64,000 nt of DNA from Dipteris shenzhenensis (GCA_047967505.1 CM106538.1), one strand, 5' to 3'. Shown: positions 28,094 to 41,954, numbered from the stretch's first letter. Numbers and translations are program-made. Notes: generated by a model from the sequence alone, not told the origin.

Positions 28094-29917
28094 ACTTGAG
28101 CACCTTGCACCACTGGTGGTTACTAGGAGGGTGGGGCATTGAGCATATTTAACACTCTCATCTACACACAACATATTTGAGTTGAAAATCGAGCTTGGGT
28201 CAATTTCAAAACTCTAAAAACATGCGCTTAGTAGCATCATGGTTCAAACTCTCTCGTGTACCACATCTTTAATTAAGAATTGAATTGGGGCCAACTTTAA
28301 GACTTTTGCTCTATCTTATTATTGCCACTATGGCTCACATAATCTCACATCATTTTTTTCAATTTCAAAGTAAGCTTTGGTCAATTTTGTAACTATGAAA
28401 GCATATTCTCATCACTACCATGGCCATGCATGCCCACACCACATCCTAGAATTTTAATCAAACTTGGGTTGCTTTTGATCATTTAAAACATGATTAGTAG
28501 TTAGTGGATGTCAAAGAATTTAAGACCACAAAGAAAAATGGTTGGAGTAGGTTGATATAGTACTAGAGAGGAAAGAGGATATTGGTGATAGGGGATACCA
28601 TGTTTAAGTTCCATTGTGAAGAGATAGGTTGACTTATTGAGGTCAAGGTTCCATTTGACACTTACAATGTTGAGGTGATGGTAGAAAGATTGGACAAAAA
28701 AATAGATCTACTTAGGAATTTAGATTGGAAATAAGGACAATAAATTTTAGAATGGTATGAATTTGAAATTAGGTATAGAGAGCTAGATGCTATGGCATTG
28801 ATACTATCCATTTGGGTGGGAAATCACCTTCAGTATTGATGTTGAAGTGTTTTTAGGTAGGTAAGCGGTATGTTCAAAGAGCACAGAGCAATGATGTGGT
28901 ATTAAGGCTAGTAATGGACTTTTCAAGAGCAGTATGATTAAAGAGCACAGAGCAATGATGGAGTGTTAGGCTAGTAATGGAATTTTATTAATCACATCTT
29001 TTGGATGTTCACAATCACAAAAAGAAAGGTTGAGCTGATCATTCATTTGTCTAGTTGCTCATTGTAGGGATATTGTACCATTTTCTTGGAGGCTTGGCAC
29101 TAGGCAAAAGAGGATATCCACAAAGGAATATCTGAGGATAGACCCTTAGATATAGAGCCATCGACATCAAAAGGTAGAATATGAGTAGAATATGCTCGAT
29201 AACAAAAGATCAAACCTTCTCATCTTGGGAGAGGTGGCAAGAATTGCTTGACAACCTATGTACAAGTATCTTATTACTTACTATCTTGTTAGTTAATGCA
29301 TTTCATTTGATGTATTTTCTTTGATGTATCTTGTCATTTAATTATGCTTATGCACATAATACAAAATTTCTCTTTGACAAGCTTGAGAGTAAGGGAGTAG
29401 ACCTTGATTGAGATGCAATTACATATGAGATAAGCTTTTGGATACTCTTTCTTTCATAGTATAACTAGCTTGTTTTAAATTATATAATGTTGGCATACTT
29501 CATAAACTTTCACATTTGCATAAAACTCAACCTAGGTGATCCACTCAGGAGACGACAAGGGATTTGGAGCAAGCAAGAGATTAGAGCCAATTAAAAATAT
29601 GTAGTCAGCACAAGGATGAGATAGGTTCATCCTTTGAGAGAAATGTTGATTGAGGAGATTGATGTAGATCTCTCTTTTTGTTGTATATAGTATGAGGTTG
29701 TATATCCTTTTTGGGATTTCTTGTTGTGGCTTCATCCATATCCCAATGAGGCACTTTTTTTACACATACCTTTGAGCATTACATGTTCATGGCACCCCTT
29801 CAAAAGGACATTTTTGTAATCCATTTGCAATATATGCTCATGCCCCTTTGAAGGAGTTATTCATTTGAGTACGATTTCTAGGCATATGCCTGCCAATTCT
29901 ATGATTTGTGTTTATTT

Positions 29918-30523
29918 GTTTTCTTTTTTATTTTTATATCCCATCACATCCTTGATAACTTGTTGTTCTACACAAATTGTTATTCTACGTTTTCTAAATA
30001 CCTTTCTGAATAATAAATAAAGGAAATATTTAGAACCCAGGTCGATTTGTATAAGGAATCTTATGAGGGACAATTCAAAAGTCCTTCAAAAACATGAACA
30101 ACTAAAACTTCCCATAGCCTCTTTTAGCGGGCTGGATATTTTGAATCTAAAGGCCCCTACAACTATAGGGTGAAGAGAGGAGCTTAATAGTGTCGACTGA
30201 GATCATTGTCAATACAAACATTTTCTTTTTTATTTTTATATCCCATCACATCCTTGATAACTTGTTGTTCTACATAAATTGTTATTCTACGTTTTCTAAA
30301 TACCTTTTTGAATAATAAATAAAGAAAATATTTAGAACCCATGTCAATTTGTAAAAGAAATCTTGTGAGGGACAAATTCAAAAGTCCTTCAAAAACATGA
30401 ACAACTAAAACTTCCCATAACCTCTTTTAGTAGGCTGGGTATTTTGAATCTAAAGGCCCCTACAACTATAGGGTGAAGAGAGGAGCTTAATAGTGTCGAC
30501 TGAGATCATTGTCAATACAAACA
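29918..30523. repeat. Tandem duplication of a ~303-bp AT-rich unit
   Basis: TTTTTATATCCCATCACATCCTTGATAAC...GAGATCATTGTCAATACAAACA occurs twice head-to-tail. Confidence 0.92.
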
Positions 30524-31022
30524 TAATCTATGAACATTCATAATTTTGTATATAGAGAGAAAATTCAATGCAATACCTATAAAATAATCCATTGTAATTT
30601 AATTGTAGTTTAATGAAATTAAAACTATTGGCAACGATGAAGGATTTGTAGCTAATTTTTCCATAGATTATTAGAAATACACTACTACACACAGATCCTA
30701 TTGCGACGTTTACATACCGACGTTTAGCGTGCACGGGGTGCTAATCGTTGGTATGAAAAGTGCATCTCGTAAAGCGTCGCTATATAGCAACATTAGATAA
30801 ACGTCGCTATATAGCGACTATTACAAAAGTCGCTATATAGCAACACTGAGATACTATTTTATAGCGACGTTTTCCAGAGAGGTTTTTTACTCATATAGGC
30901 CTTATGACAAATTTTTTTTAATTTTCATACATGTTTGATCTCATAGAGAATAAAAATATGAGAGCATGTACATCAAGCCTTTGAAGCTCATATATTCATG
31001 TCCAAGTTTGAGATGAAAAAAA

Positions 31023-33280
31023 TCAATTAAGAGCATTTACATCAATTGTTTCATCTTGAGCCAAGTCTAAGGTGCCAAACAAGTCTATCTCCAACTCTAT
31101 ACTGAGTTGATCTCCTATATCATCATCGTACTCAAGCATCATACGTTCACCTAAAAGTACTTGATCATCTTCTTCAATAAAGTGTGGCAATTCTTGATGA
31201 TCGTTGTCTTCTTTCTCAATATCATGATCTCCATCTTCCTCCCGTGCGATGTCATTATGCGCATCTTCCTCTTGGCTCATATTGTGATCTCCATCTTCTT
31301 CGCTAGATTCATCAGGACAATTGGATCCGGCATTGGTAGTGGCATCTCCATATCCACATCTCTATCTTTAAAAATTTGCTTACTTCATGGTGCAACTTGG
31401 ATCATGTACCACCATCTTGGATCAGAACGATCCGGATGAAAAACCACCTATATTGAAGATGGGTGCCAAATGTCGTCAAATATATATATGAAATTATGCT
31501 CAAGTACATGTATCAATGGATCTTTAAAAACAAAAGCTTTGATTAATTAAATCATTAGTATGCACCTGCTCACAGTGCTCGGGAAGAACAAAAGTATCAC
31601 TTTCATGGGTCCAATGTTTGGTGGAGTCTGTTGCAAAGAAACCGCTACTATCTTTTCTCACTATCGCATGGGGACCGTTGTAAATAGTTCTACCATTTTA
31701 CATCAAGAATGAAAATACTAAATCATCTGAAATCAACTTCATAGATATCGCATATGGTTCCACAATAATCCAACTGTGAGGGCCGGAGAGAAGATTGGTA
31801 TCTGAAGCACTTGCTCGGCTATCTTGTGTGAAGTTAGCCATGACTCCACAATCATATGTGACTCTCTTTGAATCGATGCGTTCCATGCGAAAATGTCGTC
31901 CATATGACCATAATGCACTGTACTTTTTGTACTGTAAAAGAGCATCATTAAAACAATGAAGATGCATCTATTTTATAGCGTATATTGCCACAAATAATTA
32001 CTTAATTACATCAAGAGGTAAGAAACTTACATGCACCATACATCCAGTTGATAACTCTGTCTTGCGCCCGTTTATTGTCTCTCCATCGCGTTCGGCTTTA
32101 CGTAGAGCCAGTTGTAGCCAATCAAGTGACATGTGAGTGGGGAGAAGAGCTTGATCCCGTGGATATGGTTGCGATCACCTGTACATTACTCTGAATCTCG
32201 TCCTTGCATTTATTCTTTCTGCTTTGGCCACTTCATATCTCTCAATCCACTTCTGCATCTCAGGGCTATTGAGGATACAAAACTTATTGAATTTCTCCAT
32301 TTGCTCTTCGCTCATCTTTCTTTCAATCCCTTTTCCTTGAGGAACCTCACCAACGATGCGATCATCATCCTTGTTATGCTAAGCTTGTGGCATATCGGAT
32401 CCATGGATGCAAGAAACTCTGTGATATATACTAATGACTCTTGCACAAGCCATCCCTCTACCATGCTTGCTTCTGGTCTTGCTCTTTGTCTTACAAATCC
32501 CTTTAAAGTTTTCATAAACCGCTCGAGAAAAAACATCCATCAACTATGAATGGTACCTGCAATAGCCACCTCATCAACTGTGCACAAGCAAGTGGACTTG
32601 AGTTGTCATAATGCTCGAGGGAAAGTACTTCTCAAGCAAGCCTACGGCTTCGATGGATTCCACCCTAGCCTTCTCGATGCTCGATATGGAGATCTCTTTT
32701 TGAGATATCCACCTATTTCACATGTCCATGTAAGATATTTTCATAATCAGTCTATAGATTAATAAGCTTAAATTGAAGAAAATGCAATCAATGCGATTTG
32801 ATAGTAAGCATACCTCACAATACCACAGATCTTGAATATAGCATTTCTAACATCTTCTTGTAAGCACCCTTTTATTGTAATTGGGAGGATGAACTATCAA
32901 AGCAACAAAGAAGTCATGTCAACAATATAACATAATCGTAATTACGCTAATGCATCACGATTATCGTTACACTAATTCTACTTAGAATACCTGTAAGACC
33001 TTGTGCCAATCATGGGACTTGAGCCCACTAAGCTTATTGTCCTTTGAAAATGCTCCTTTCAAGCAACGCATGTACCCTATCAGTGTTTGAAAAGAGGCAA
33101 TGTCTGCCTTGATTGCTGCCTCCTCCCTCGTAGAGAGGATCCACGTTGCTTTCAGGAGGACAACTTTTCCCGAAGCAGGCTACTATTTGGGCACACTTGG
33201 TTGGTTCCAAAGACTCGAGAGGAGTGCGAGAAGACTTGCGTGCTATGAATAGGATGTCTCGTTTGTGGCCCCAAGTGCAT
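31023..33280 (-). pseudogene. CACTA transposase 3' half (DUF4218/DUF4216-type exons), decayed
   Basis: GLKSHDWHKVLQ (~33000), MFFLERFMKTLKGFVRQRARPEASMVEGWLVQESLVY, WSYGRHFRMERID and an acidic final exon, all homologous to 39399-41954. Confidence 0.9.
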
Positions 33281-33649
33281 GGTATTTGGTGCAGGCAACA
33301 TCTTCTGGAGCAACCTATGACAATTCAAACATACATAGGCTTCGAACAATAATGATTCGGTATACACTATCCAAATGATGTTTCTTAAAACAAACATGAT
33401 GATTCTCAAAACAAACAATATCCAAATAATGAGTCAAATTAATGCAAGAGCTAACCTCATTAAGGCTGAGAATATCCACAAGTTCAAGAAATGTTTGCAA
33501 GATTTTTATTATTTCAAAATGCAACGACATTTTTCTTTTTTAAGGAAATTCCAGATTCCCAACAATCTTATCAACCTCTCTATAGCAAGCATCTCCTAGC
33601 TCTTGAGGCCAGTCTGCTGCACAATGGTAGACCTCTTCACACACTCGAC

Positions 33650-34405
33650 ATGGGATCACGTCGCACATCTGACGAGTACGGACAGCCTCGTAGGAGGAGA
33701 GCTCACGATCTATATGCTCCAGAGGACTTTGATTCCTCTCCTTGAGGACTACCCCTAGCCGACTCCTCTCGGACCTAGCACTGCGACTACCCTTGGTCCG
33801 ACTCCTCTCGGATGTAGCACTGTGACTACCCCTCAGGGAACTCCTTTGCTAGCCGTGCATGGCTTTGTCGGGAGTCCCGACGAGTTTGTAGCACAGATGA
33901 GTGATGAGGAGGCAGCGAGATTCTTCTCTCTGCTATCTCAGAGGACCTCAGCAATTCCCTCCCCTACATCGATTGTTGGATGTACTGCCCAACCGTCCCC
34001 TCGTGCCCCTTCGACTGAGGGTAATCACCTACATGTGCCTCTCATAAGGGAAGGAAGAGCAGGAAGGGCAGCTTATGTTGTGCTGACTCGGGAGATGTAG
34101 ACGAGTCAGCACACTCACATTCCTATAAGTTTCCACTTGGTCCGGAGACACAGTATCAGTCAGGTCCCTTGCCCTCTCCTACTCCCACTGCTACTCCTCG
34201 CTCCGGAAGCGCTCGCACAGCTTCCACTCCTTCTGACTCTGCTACCATCAGTCCTCCTTACTCATCAAGGGATCTCTCCTATCAAATCACGGCTGTCGGA
34301 GAGATAATAGAAGATAGAAAGGGCAAAGCAGTGATGGCCACCATGAGGTGGTTGATGAGCCATCACTTCAAGAGCGGCATTGCTACCGATTGGCGGTATC
34401 AAGAT
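33650..34405 (+). pseudogene. Accessory (TnpA-position) gene of the outer CACTA element, split by the nested element; resumes at 42410-42516
   Basis: Joining across the GAT duplication gives YQITAVGEIIEDRKGKAVMATMRWLMSHHFKSGIATDWRYQDDQKKQAVINELKQKYPDPPNWEF, which aligns with YDITQTGGILMDARGKDVMAFM...VRSRYPNPPNRQF of the 35026-36500 gene. Confidence 0.8.
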
Positions 34406-35025
34406 CACAACAAGACAAAGCACCCATAGACGCGCGCACAGACGCATTTCATGAACTAAATAAAAAACTTACGGGCGCGTCTATTTGCGCGTCAGGAGAC
34501 CCGCGTCTATTAGCGCGTCTATATATCAAACTTACGCACGTATAGACGCGCTCATACACGCGTAAATAGACGCGCAAATAAACGATTTGATAGACGCACG
34601 TATAGACGCATATCGAATAGACAGACGCGAATATAAACGCGTTTGTAAATGCGCTGATAGACGCGCCTTTTTTTTTTTAAAATTTTACAGAATACTGTGT
34701 ATGTTGTGTATGCTATATAGTTACAACAATCCCATATCCACATTCTCTGTAATTCAATTCTTACAGCCAACCTCATTTTAATTACAATTCCAAATAAAAT
34801 ATTACAACTCCAAAACGCAATAAAATTGAAAGCTCAAAAAGTGCTTGTATATACATATAGCACGAAGCTAAGCCACGTCATGTGGCTCCAAGTACAAAAA
34901 ATAAGGAAGCTAAGCCATGTCATGTGGCTTCAAGTACAAAAAATAAGAGGAGTCTATATACAAGAGGCACGAAGCCAAGCCAATGGCTTTAAGTACAAAA
35001 AAGAATAGTAGCACTACTTCTACGA

Positions 35026-36500
35026 CTAATCCTCGCTGCCTTCCACGCTCCCTGATGCGCTGCCTTCCGCGCTCCCTTCTGCACCTCCTTCCTCGTCTTC
35101 CTCGTCGTCTTGTGCAGGGGCGCCCTGTAAACAAGGGACAACATATATCAATGTATGAAAAATCAAATCTTTACTTATAATTTTGGCATTATTTAATTAC
35201 TTTCAAATACCTGGGGGGCATGTCCAGTCGCTCGGGTATACTGCTCCTCAGTAATCAACCCGTCATCATAGAAGTGCCTCCATGTATCTCCTCTGCGATG
35301 GTGGCGGTGGTAGGCTGTCTCCACTGGAGTAGGGTATCTGCCCACGATCTCAAGTTGCATGACCGCGATACACTTTGTGGAGGGATTAGTACAAAGAAAC
35401 AACCAACCTCCTAATAAACTACATAAGCAATATAATTTGAGATCAATACTTACAAATTGGGCCTCCCATGATTCAACACCCCCTGCTCCAAAATGCGCAC
35501 TCCCATACTCCTCCATCTGGATCCTCCGTGCCTCCACGTGCTGCAGACTGGGCTCCTCCCTCGCTGACTTCATTGCCTTCTTCCACTCACGCTTCTGAGC
35601 GGTGTGGGGCGGGCCCCTTGGAGGTTGACCTGCCTCAAGTCTGGCAAGCTCGGCTAGTGCCTGCCTCTTAAGGGAAGATCTTTTATTGCTAAGTATCGTA
35701 ACAATCTTTGACTTGGCCCATTTATCTGTGAACTGGCGATTGGGGGGGTTAGGATACCTAGAGCGAACAGTAGCGAGGGTCTCATCAGCCAACCTCTTTG
35801 GGTGGTCTTTATAGTGGATAAAGCAATCTCTGTAATTGTTAGCAATTACAGAGCACATGAAGGCCATTACATCCTTCCCCCGCGCATCCATCAAGATGCC
35901 TCCTGTCTGGGTGATGTCATAATAAATCGTACCATCACCCAGAGGCACGTCTAAATCATCGGAATCATCATCCTCGGCCTCACCGCCACATGGCCCAAAG
36001 CACTGTGCCATGCATCCGCCACCGCTCTCCCTGCTACTACGCCTGCCACCCTGTCGTGTCGAGCTCATACGATGGCCACTCGTAGCTGGGGACTGCGCGG
36101 GACTACGCTAACCACTCGTAGCTGGAGAACCGAGTCTCGATGGCTGGGGAGTACGTCGACGGCTCGCTGAGGCAGAAGGACCTCCTGAAGGCATGGGGGA
36201 AGGGGCATAAGACGGGATGGCAGAAGGGACATAAGACGGCATGGGGGAAGGGGCATAAGACGGTACGGGGGAAGGGGCATAAGACGGGGCATAAGACGGC
36301 TGTGCGGACTCCGCTGGGGTGATCTCAGGCAATGTGGGGTGGCTCGGAGTCTGTACTGCCGACTCCTGGGGAGTGTTAAGGGTACCCGTCATGTACCCGT
36401 ATAACTCCGCAGGACTAGGAGGGTGCCCTAAAATATTATATAAATCCTTCCATATCGATTCACGCGGATCAGGTGAGCTAGAAGCACTTCCTCCCCACAT
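35026..36500 (-). pseudogene. Accessory gene of the CACAA element (Pro/Ser-rich SYAPSP repeats, helical domain, acidic tail); one premature stop
   Basis: ORFs 36108-36524 and 35193-36068 are in the same frame, separated by one TAG (36108-36110). ATG at 36500; GT donors at 35453 and 35210; AG acceptor at 35126-35125; last exon GAPAQDDEEDEEGG..SED* ends at 35026. The middle acceptor looks mutated (CAA). Confidence 0.75.
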
Positions 36501-36579
36501 GTTAAACTGGAAAAAAATAAACAAATCTATTACTTTGGGAGCTGAGAAGAAAGGGGGGACAAAAAAAAAGAGGCTCTGT

Positions 36580-37475
36580 CAGTTCGCGTCTATAGACCCG
36601 TCTAATCTGCGCGTCTATAAACGCATCTAACAGAGCATTTAATAGTTCAAGTAAAAGCGCGTTTATCACCGCGTCTAACAAACCGTCAAAACATCCGTCT
36701 AACAGTGCGTTAAAAAGCGCGTTTAACAGCCCGTCCAAACATCCGTCTAACATCGCGTCTAAAAGCGCGTCTAACAATTCGTTTAAACTTCCGTTTAATA
36801 GATCGTCTGTTTAGGCGTCTATATCCGCATCTGTGCATGTCTGTAGCAAGCCAGACGCACAAATAGACGCGCCTGTAGATGCGCGTTTAGACGCGCCCTT
36901 AGACGCCTGTATACACGCGCTCCGACAGTCGAGAATACTCAAAAGTGGAAAAGGACGTTTCGCCCGACAAAAGAACGTGTCGCTCATACCTAGATGCTAT
37001 GTTTCGTGGATGCAAAAAAGTACAAAACTGGAAAGAGCAAGCAAGAACAACTTCAAAAGGACTTACTTGGAAAAAGGTATGGAAAGATCTTTCTTTTCCA
37101 AACTTGTTTCTTCTCCTCCTCTTCTCCTTGTTTGTACTCCTCCTCTTCTTTAGGCTTGGAAGCAAGCTGTGTAGGTACGGTCCCTTTGTCTTGAGTGAAA
37201 GCTTGGAACTGTGTGTGTATGGGAGGCTCTCTCTTAAGCTTCGAATCTATAGAACTGCTAATAATGAAGGAAAAAAGCCGCTCGCGAAGTTTAAGTTGTT
37301 AAAAGAAAAGCAAAGCGAGCGGCGCGCCGAAAAGCAGGTTTAAAAGTCGCGGGTATAGTCGCGTCTATTAGCGCGTCTACAAGCGCGTTTAAATACACAG
37401 AGTAGACGGGCATTTAGACGCGCAGGTAGACGCGACAGTAGACGCGACGATAGCGGGCATTTAGACGCGACACAG
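36580..37475. promoter_or_regulatory. Putative bidirectional promoter region with clusters of AGACGCG/CGCGTCT motifs
   Basis: Lies between divergent ATGs (36500 on -, 37533 on +). The motif is clustered at 36580-36920 and 37350-37475, and in both subterminal arms (34425-34670, 42130-42390). Confidence 0.55.
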
Positions 37476-37532
37476 AGTTTTTAAGTTAAGCATTTGAAGA
37501 AGAGCAAATTTGGTGGGTTGTTTGTTTGTAGG

Positions 37533-40500
37533 ATGTCTCCATCTTCAACAAGCAGCTCCAGTGAGGATGAATCCCTCCGTATCCACCATCGCGAAATGTG
37601 GTTGGAGCAAAAAATCAAATGTCTGTGTGATCGATGTCGAGGAAACATGTATCATGCACACAGGATTACGCTCAATCATATCTCAAAGTATGGAAAATGG
37701 GATGTGACCGTAAACAGGGTAAGGATTTGTAAGTTAAGGTTGATTGAGATACCTATGGGTGTTCATATGTTTGAGTTATAATGATCCCGTTTTAATTTGA
37801 TACAGGATGCAGTGCCACACCCGCACATGTTACCCTATGCCCGTCGTGAGGAGGCGAAGCGTCGGCGATATGAGGTGGGATCTTCTGGAGGGACTGTTAC
37901 AGATGCATGGAGTGATGGTGATAGTAGCCCTCCACCATTACCTCATGAAGCCATGGAGGAGGAGGTGTTTGATGATATGGTGCGGGATTTATATGTCCAT
38001 CAAGGGAGGGATAATAGCATGGAGCAGGATGATCTTTTTACTGCAGCATCGACTCCATTGTTTGAGGGGTGCACATTCTCTGTTCTACGTGCCTCCCTTG
38101 AGTTACTAAACTTGCAAACCATCTATGGATGGAGCAATGCAAGTTTGAATGCATTACTCAAGTAAGCTTTAATTTAAAGTCGATTTTGCAAACATGATGA
38201 ATTATGCGCGTGGGTCAATTACTCGAATGCTTTTCCTCATTTATGGTCTTCACGTGCAGGCTATTGTGTAAAATGCTTCCAAAGGAGAATAAATTACCGA
38301 CCTCAAGAGATATGGCAAGGCAACATGTGACCTCTCTTGGAGGATTAGATTACAAGCGCATCCATGCATGTGTCAACGATTGCGTTTTGTTTCGTGGACT
38401 ACATAAGGATGCAAGAGAGTGTCCTACTTGTGGAGAGGCAAGATATAGAGCAGATCTCAAAACCTTGGACGTGCCTCGTAAGGTATTGCGACATTTTCCC
38501 ATAATCCCTCGCATCCAACATATGTTCAAGTGCAAATCTATTGCAGAGCTCATGTCATGGCATTCCTCCCATCGATCAACCGATGGCAAGTGGAGAACTC
38601 CCGCGGACTCTCCTGCGTGGAAGCATATTGAAGACACATGGCCAAGCTTCAAGGAAGAACCTAGGAGCTTGAGACTTGGATTGGGTATGGATGGTGTGAA
38701 CCCATTTGGTCTCAAAAGCACGTCTTACAGTGTATGGCCAGTGGTATTGGTGAATTACAATCTTCCACCCTCTATGGCTATTAAGAAAGGACATGTCATG
38801 CTGTCCCTTCTAATTCCAGGGAAACATAAAGTCAAAAACCCTGATGTTTATTTGGAGCCTTTGATTGATGAGCTAGAGATACTTTGGAGAGGTATCGAGG
38901 TGCATGATGTGAGCAGGCCTCCCTCGTCACGAGACTTCAACTGCAACGCAGTCTTGATGTGGACGATGCATGACTTCCCAGGCTATGGCAAGTGTTCAGG
39001 TAAGAATTGCATTTTTTAATTATGAATAGGCAAGGACGTGGCACCCTAAACCCACCTTCCACTCTTAATTGCATCTATTGTTTCAGGTCTCACTACATCG
39101 GGTTACCATGCATGTCCTGTTTGTGGTCCTTCACTAGTTGCCTCACGGGCAGACGCATTGAATAAGGTCATCTATGAGAATCACCATCGATTTCTCCCAC
39201 CTGATCATCCTAGATATGTTGCCCCTTGGAATGAAGTCCTCCCACAATCACTCACCGCGGGAGATTGGATGAGAATTTGGGATGGTTCCACGACTCCTCC
39301 ACCACTTGGCATGAGCCGGTAAGGATTTGTAACTATTGGCTGGAAGTAAAGATTGGCTATATTGGTTGAAAGTGAAGATTGCACGCTAACACTTTATTTT
39401 GTTTAGATACTCCATCTTTTATCGTTTACCATATTGGTCCCACCTCAAGATCAATCACCTGCTCGATCCCATGCATATCTTCAAGAATGTGGCATCTACC
39501 ATTTGGGAGCATTTGAATGGGACACGAGATTCGGCAGGCATAAGGGAGGATCTACGTACCACAGGGAGGATGCGTGAAGCTTGGCCTCAAGAGAGACCAA
39601 ATGGGCGTGTTTTTTTACCTTGTGCACCGTGGATGTTATCAAAGCTAGAGATGGCGACGGTGAAGCGTGCTATTACTACAATTCATACTCCCACTGGATG
39701 CATGAGGTGTTTGAAGGGAGCCTTTACAAAGAGCAAGAAAAGAGGTGTAGAGCAATTATATGGCTTGAAATCTCATGATTGGCACAAGATGCTCCAAGTA
39801 AGTATTTTATATGCATAATATCTTTTTCCTTTCAAATTTGTGAGTGAATAGCTATAAGCAACTAATCAACCACCTCCTCGCGGGTTCAGTTCATACTACC
39901 TACTAGCATTTCACGTAGTGCATCAAAGGACGTGAAAGATTGTATTTACAAGATGGGCGAGCTTGTGAGGTATGTGAGCTCAAAGGAAATAGATCCCACC
40001 ACGCTTGAGAATGCTCGAGTTATGTCAGTGGAGGCGGTTTGTTTAGTGGAGGAGACATTTCCACGTTCTATTCTCACAAGCCAACTACATCTCATAGTGC
40101 ATTTGCAGGTGGATGAGATTGCTATATGCGGTACTATACATGCATGATGGTTGTTCTTCCTCGAGCGCTTCATGAAGACCTTGAAGGGCTTCGTGAGACA
40201 AAATGCAAGACCCGAAGGTAGCATGGCCGAGGGTTGGTTGGTACAAGAGTCACTTGTATATATTTCTGAGTTTCTTGTTGATGTGGATAGCTCTCTCCCA
40301 CGACTATGGAGAGATGATGAAGACCTAAGGATGACCTCTATTGTGCCTCAAGGAAGAGGACGCAACAAAGTAATAGACACGGAGTTGCGTAATAGTATCA
40401 ACCTCTTTTGTGTGCTTAATAGTGATGTGATGAAAAGATGGGTGACAAGATACGAGGGTGCAAAGGCAAGAGGACAAGAAGAAAGGGCCCTCTTTCGTAC

Positions 40501-41954
40501 ACACCACCACGGATCTCGTGTGCCATACCCTCAGCGTCTAAGAGCACTTCCAAAGGATATTTATGTGGATTGGCTACTTGATGAAATGAAGAAAGCAGAG
40601 AAAGACGAGGGGATGCATATCACAATGGAAGAATGGGAGTATGCTAGGGGATGCATGAGCAAGGTCGGTATATAGAATGTTATGCATAAGTTAGGAGGTT
40701 TTTATAATTTAGATTGCTTATTTAATTGATTTTTTCTTGGTGTAGTGCACTATGTTCAATGCTATATGGTGTGAGGGCAAGCATTTTCGAACACAACGGA
40801 TTGATGATAAGAGAAACACACAAGATTGCGGCGTCATTGCTAGCTTTGAGGGAGCCAATGGAGTCATGGATGATTATTGTGGCATAATCCAAGATATCAT
40901 TATGCTTGACTTTCGACGCTTCTTTGTGTATGTTTTGGATGTAAAGTGGTTTAAGGACGTGGTGGAAAGAGGCCCTAATGCAACAATCAAACGCCATGCA
41001 AGTGGCTTTGTAACTATTGACTCCACAAAGTTTTGGCAAAGTAGGAAGGACACACTAATACTACCGCAACAATGTGAACAGGTACTGTGCACACACATAA
41101 AAATACTCGCTTTTAAATATTTGATGCAAGAAAAGTAACATGATTGTATTTGTGTTTGAATTAGGTTGTCTATCAACCAATGGTGGATAATAACTTCTTA
41201 TCCATTTGGTGGTCCAATCTGTTATCAAAGCATAGCACAACATCCCCCTCAGCAAAGTGTCTTTCCCATCCCTTGCGTATCTTAGCATCCAATCGGGCCT
41301 TTTGTCGATTCTTTTGGATCTCTGTTTGGTGTAGTGCAAGGTGTTGGATCTCATCTAACTTCTCAAGTTGTACCAATCTGGCCTCTACATGTTCATCTTC
41401 TGTCATCCTCTGTTCTTGTGCCAATCTCAAGGCCGGAATCTCTATCTCTAGTGGTAAAACTGCCTCAGTACCATACACCAACTCAAAAGGGGTGTGACCT
41501 GTAGATGTTTTATGAGTGATGTTGTAAGCCCACACGGCTTCAGTGACCTTCTGATCCCATTGGCTCTTGTTCCCTGCGGCCATTTTTCCTATGGTTTTAC
41601 AAAGGAGGCCATTGGTCCAATAGGTGGTGGCATGTCATACCTATTATGCCACGTTCCAAAGTGATGTATAGTACATTTACTAATATGGAGCATATGGAGG
41701 ATGATCATGCCCATGGACGTGATGATGATCGTGATACAAGAGAGGAGGATGATCATGAGATAGGAGATATAGATATTGAGGCCGGCATTACCCGTGAGAA
41801 CGAGCCTACCATTGGAGATCTTGATTTCGATGAGCACATGAGTGGCACAAGTAGTAGTGGGTTGAATGTATTTGTAGATCTAAACACTTGTTTGGATTTT
41901 GAAGTAGATAGTTTGGCAAGGGTTGATCTCATTGAGGATGAGATTGAACCGTAG
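37533..41954 (+). pseudogene. TnpD-type CACTA transposase (Transposase_21, DUF4218, DUF4216-like), multi-exon, nearly intact
   Basis: IHACVNDCVLF, CPTCGEARY, LGLGMDGVNPF, YNLPP, YLEPLIDEL, MHDFPGYG, LDPMHIFKNV, GLKSHDWH, FFLERFMKTLK. GT-AG introns between the ORF blocks. Lesions: TGA at 40145-40147 and the insertion at 41194-41618. Confidence 0.93.
41194..41618 (-). mobile_element. Isolated gypsy (Tat/Athila-like) integrase C-terminal fragment inserted in the transposase last exon
   Basis: WDQKVTEAVWAYNITHKTSTGHTPFELVYGTEAVLPLEIE...FAEGDVVL. The empty site GGATAATAATAGGTGG is visible in the paralogous copy at ~979-994. No LTRs. Confidence 0.9.

Larger units (their letters stand above)
30680..34405 (-). 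mobile_element. Older, deleted CACTA element (outer element); continues at 42410-42505 beyond the nested insertion
   Basis: Terminus CACTACTACAC at 30680 with GTCGCTATATAG/AGCGACG subterminal repeats (30700-30870). Minus-strand transposase exons and a plus-strand accessory ORF. The other TIR was not found. Confidence 0.85.
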
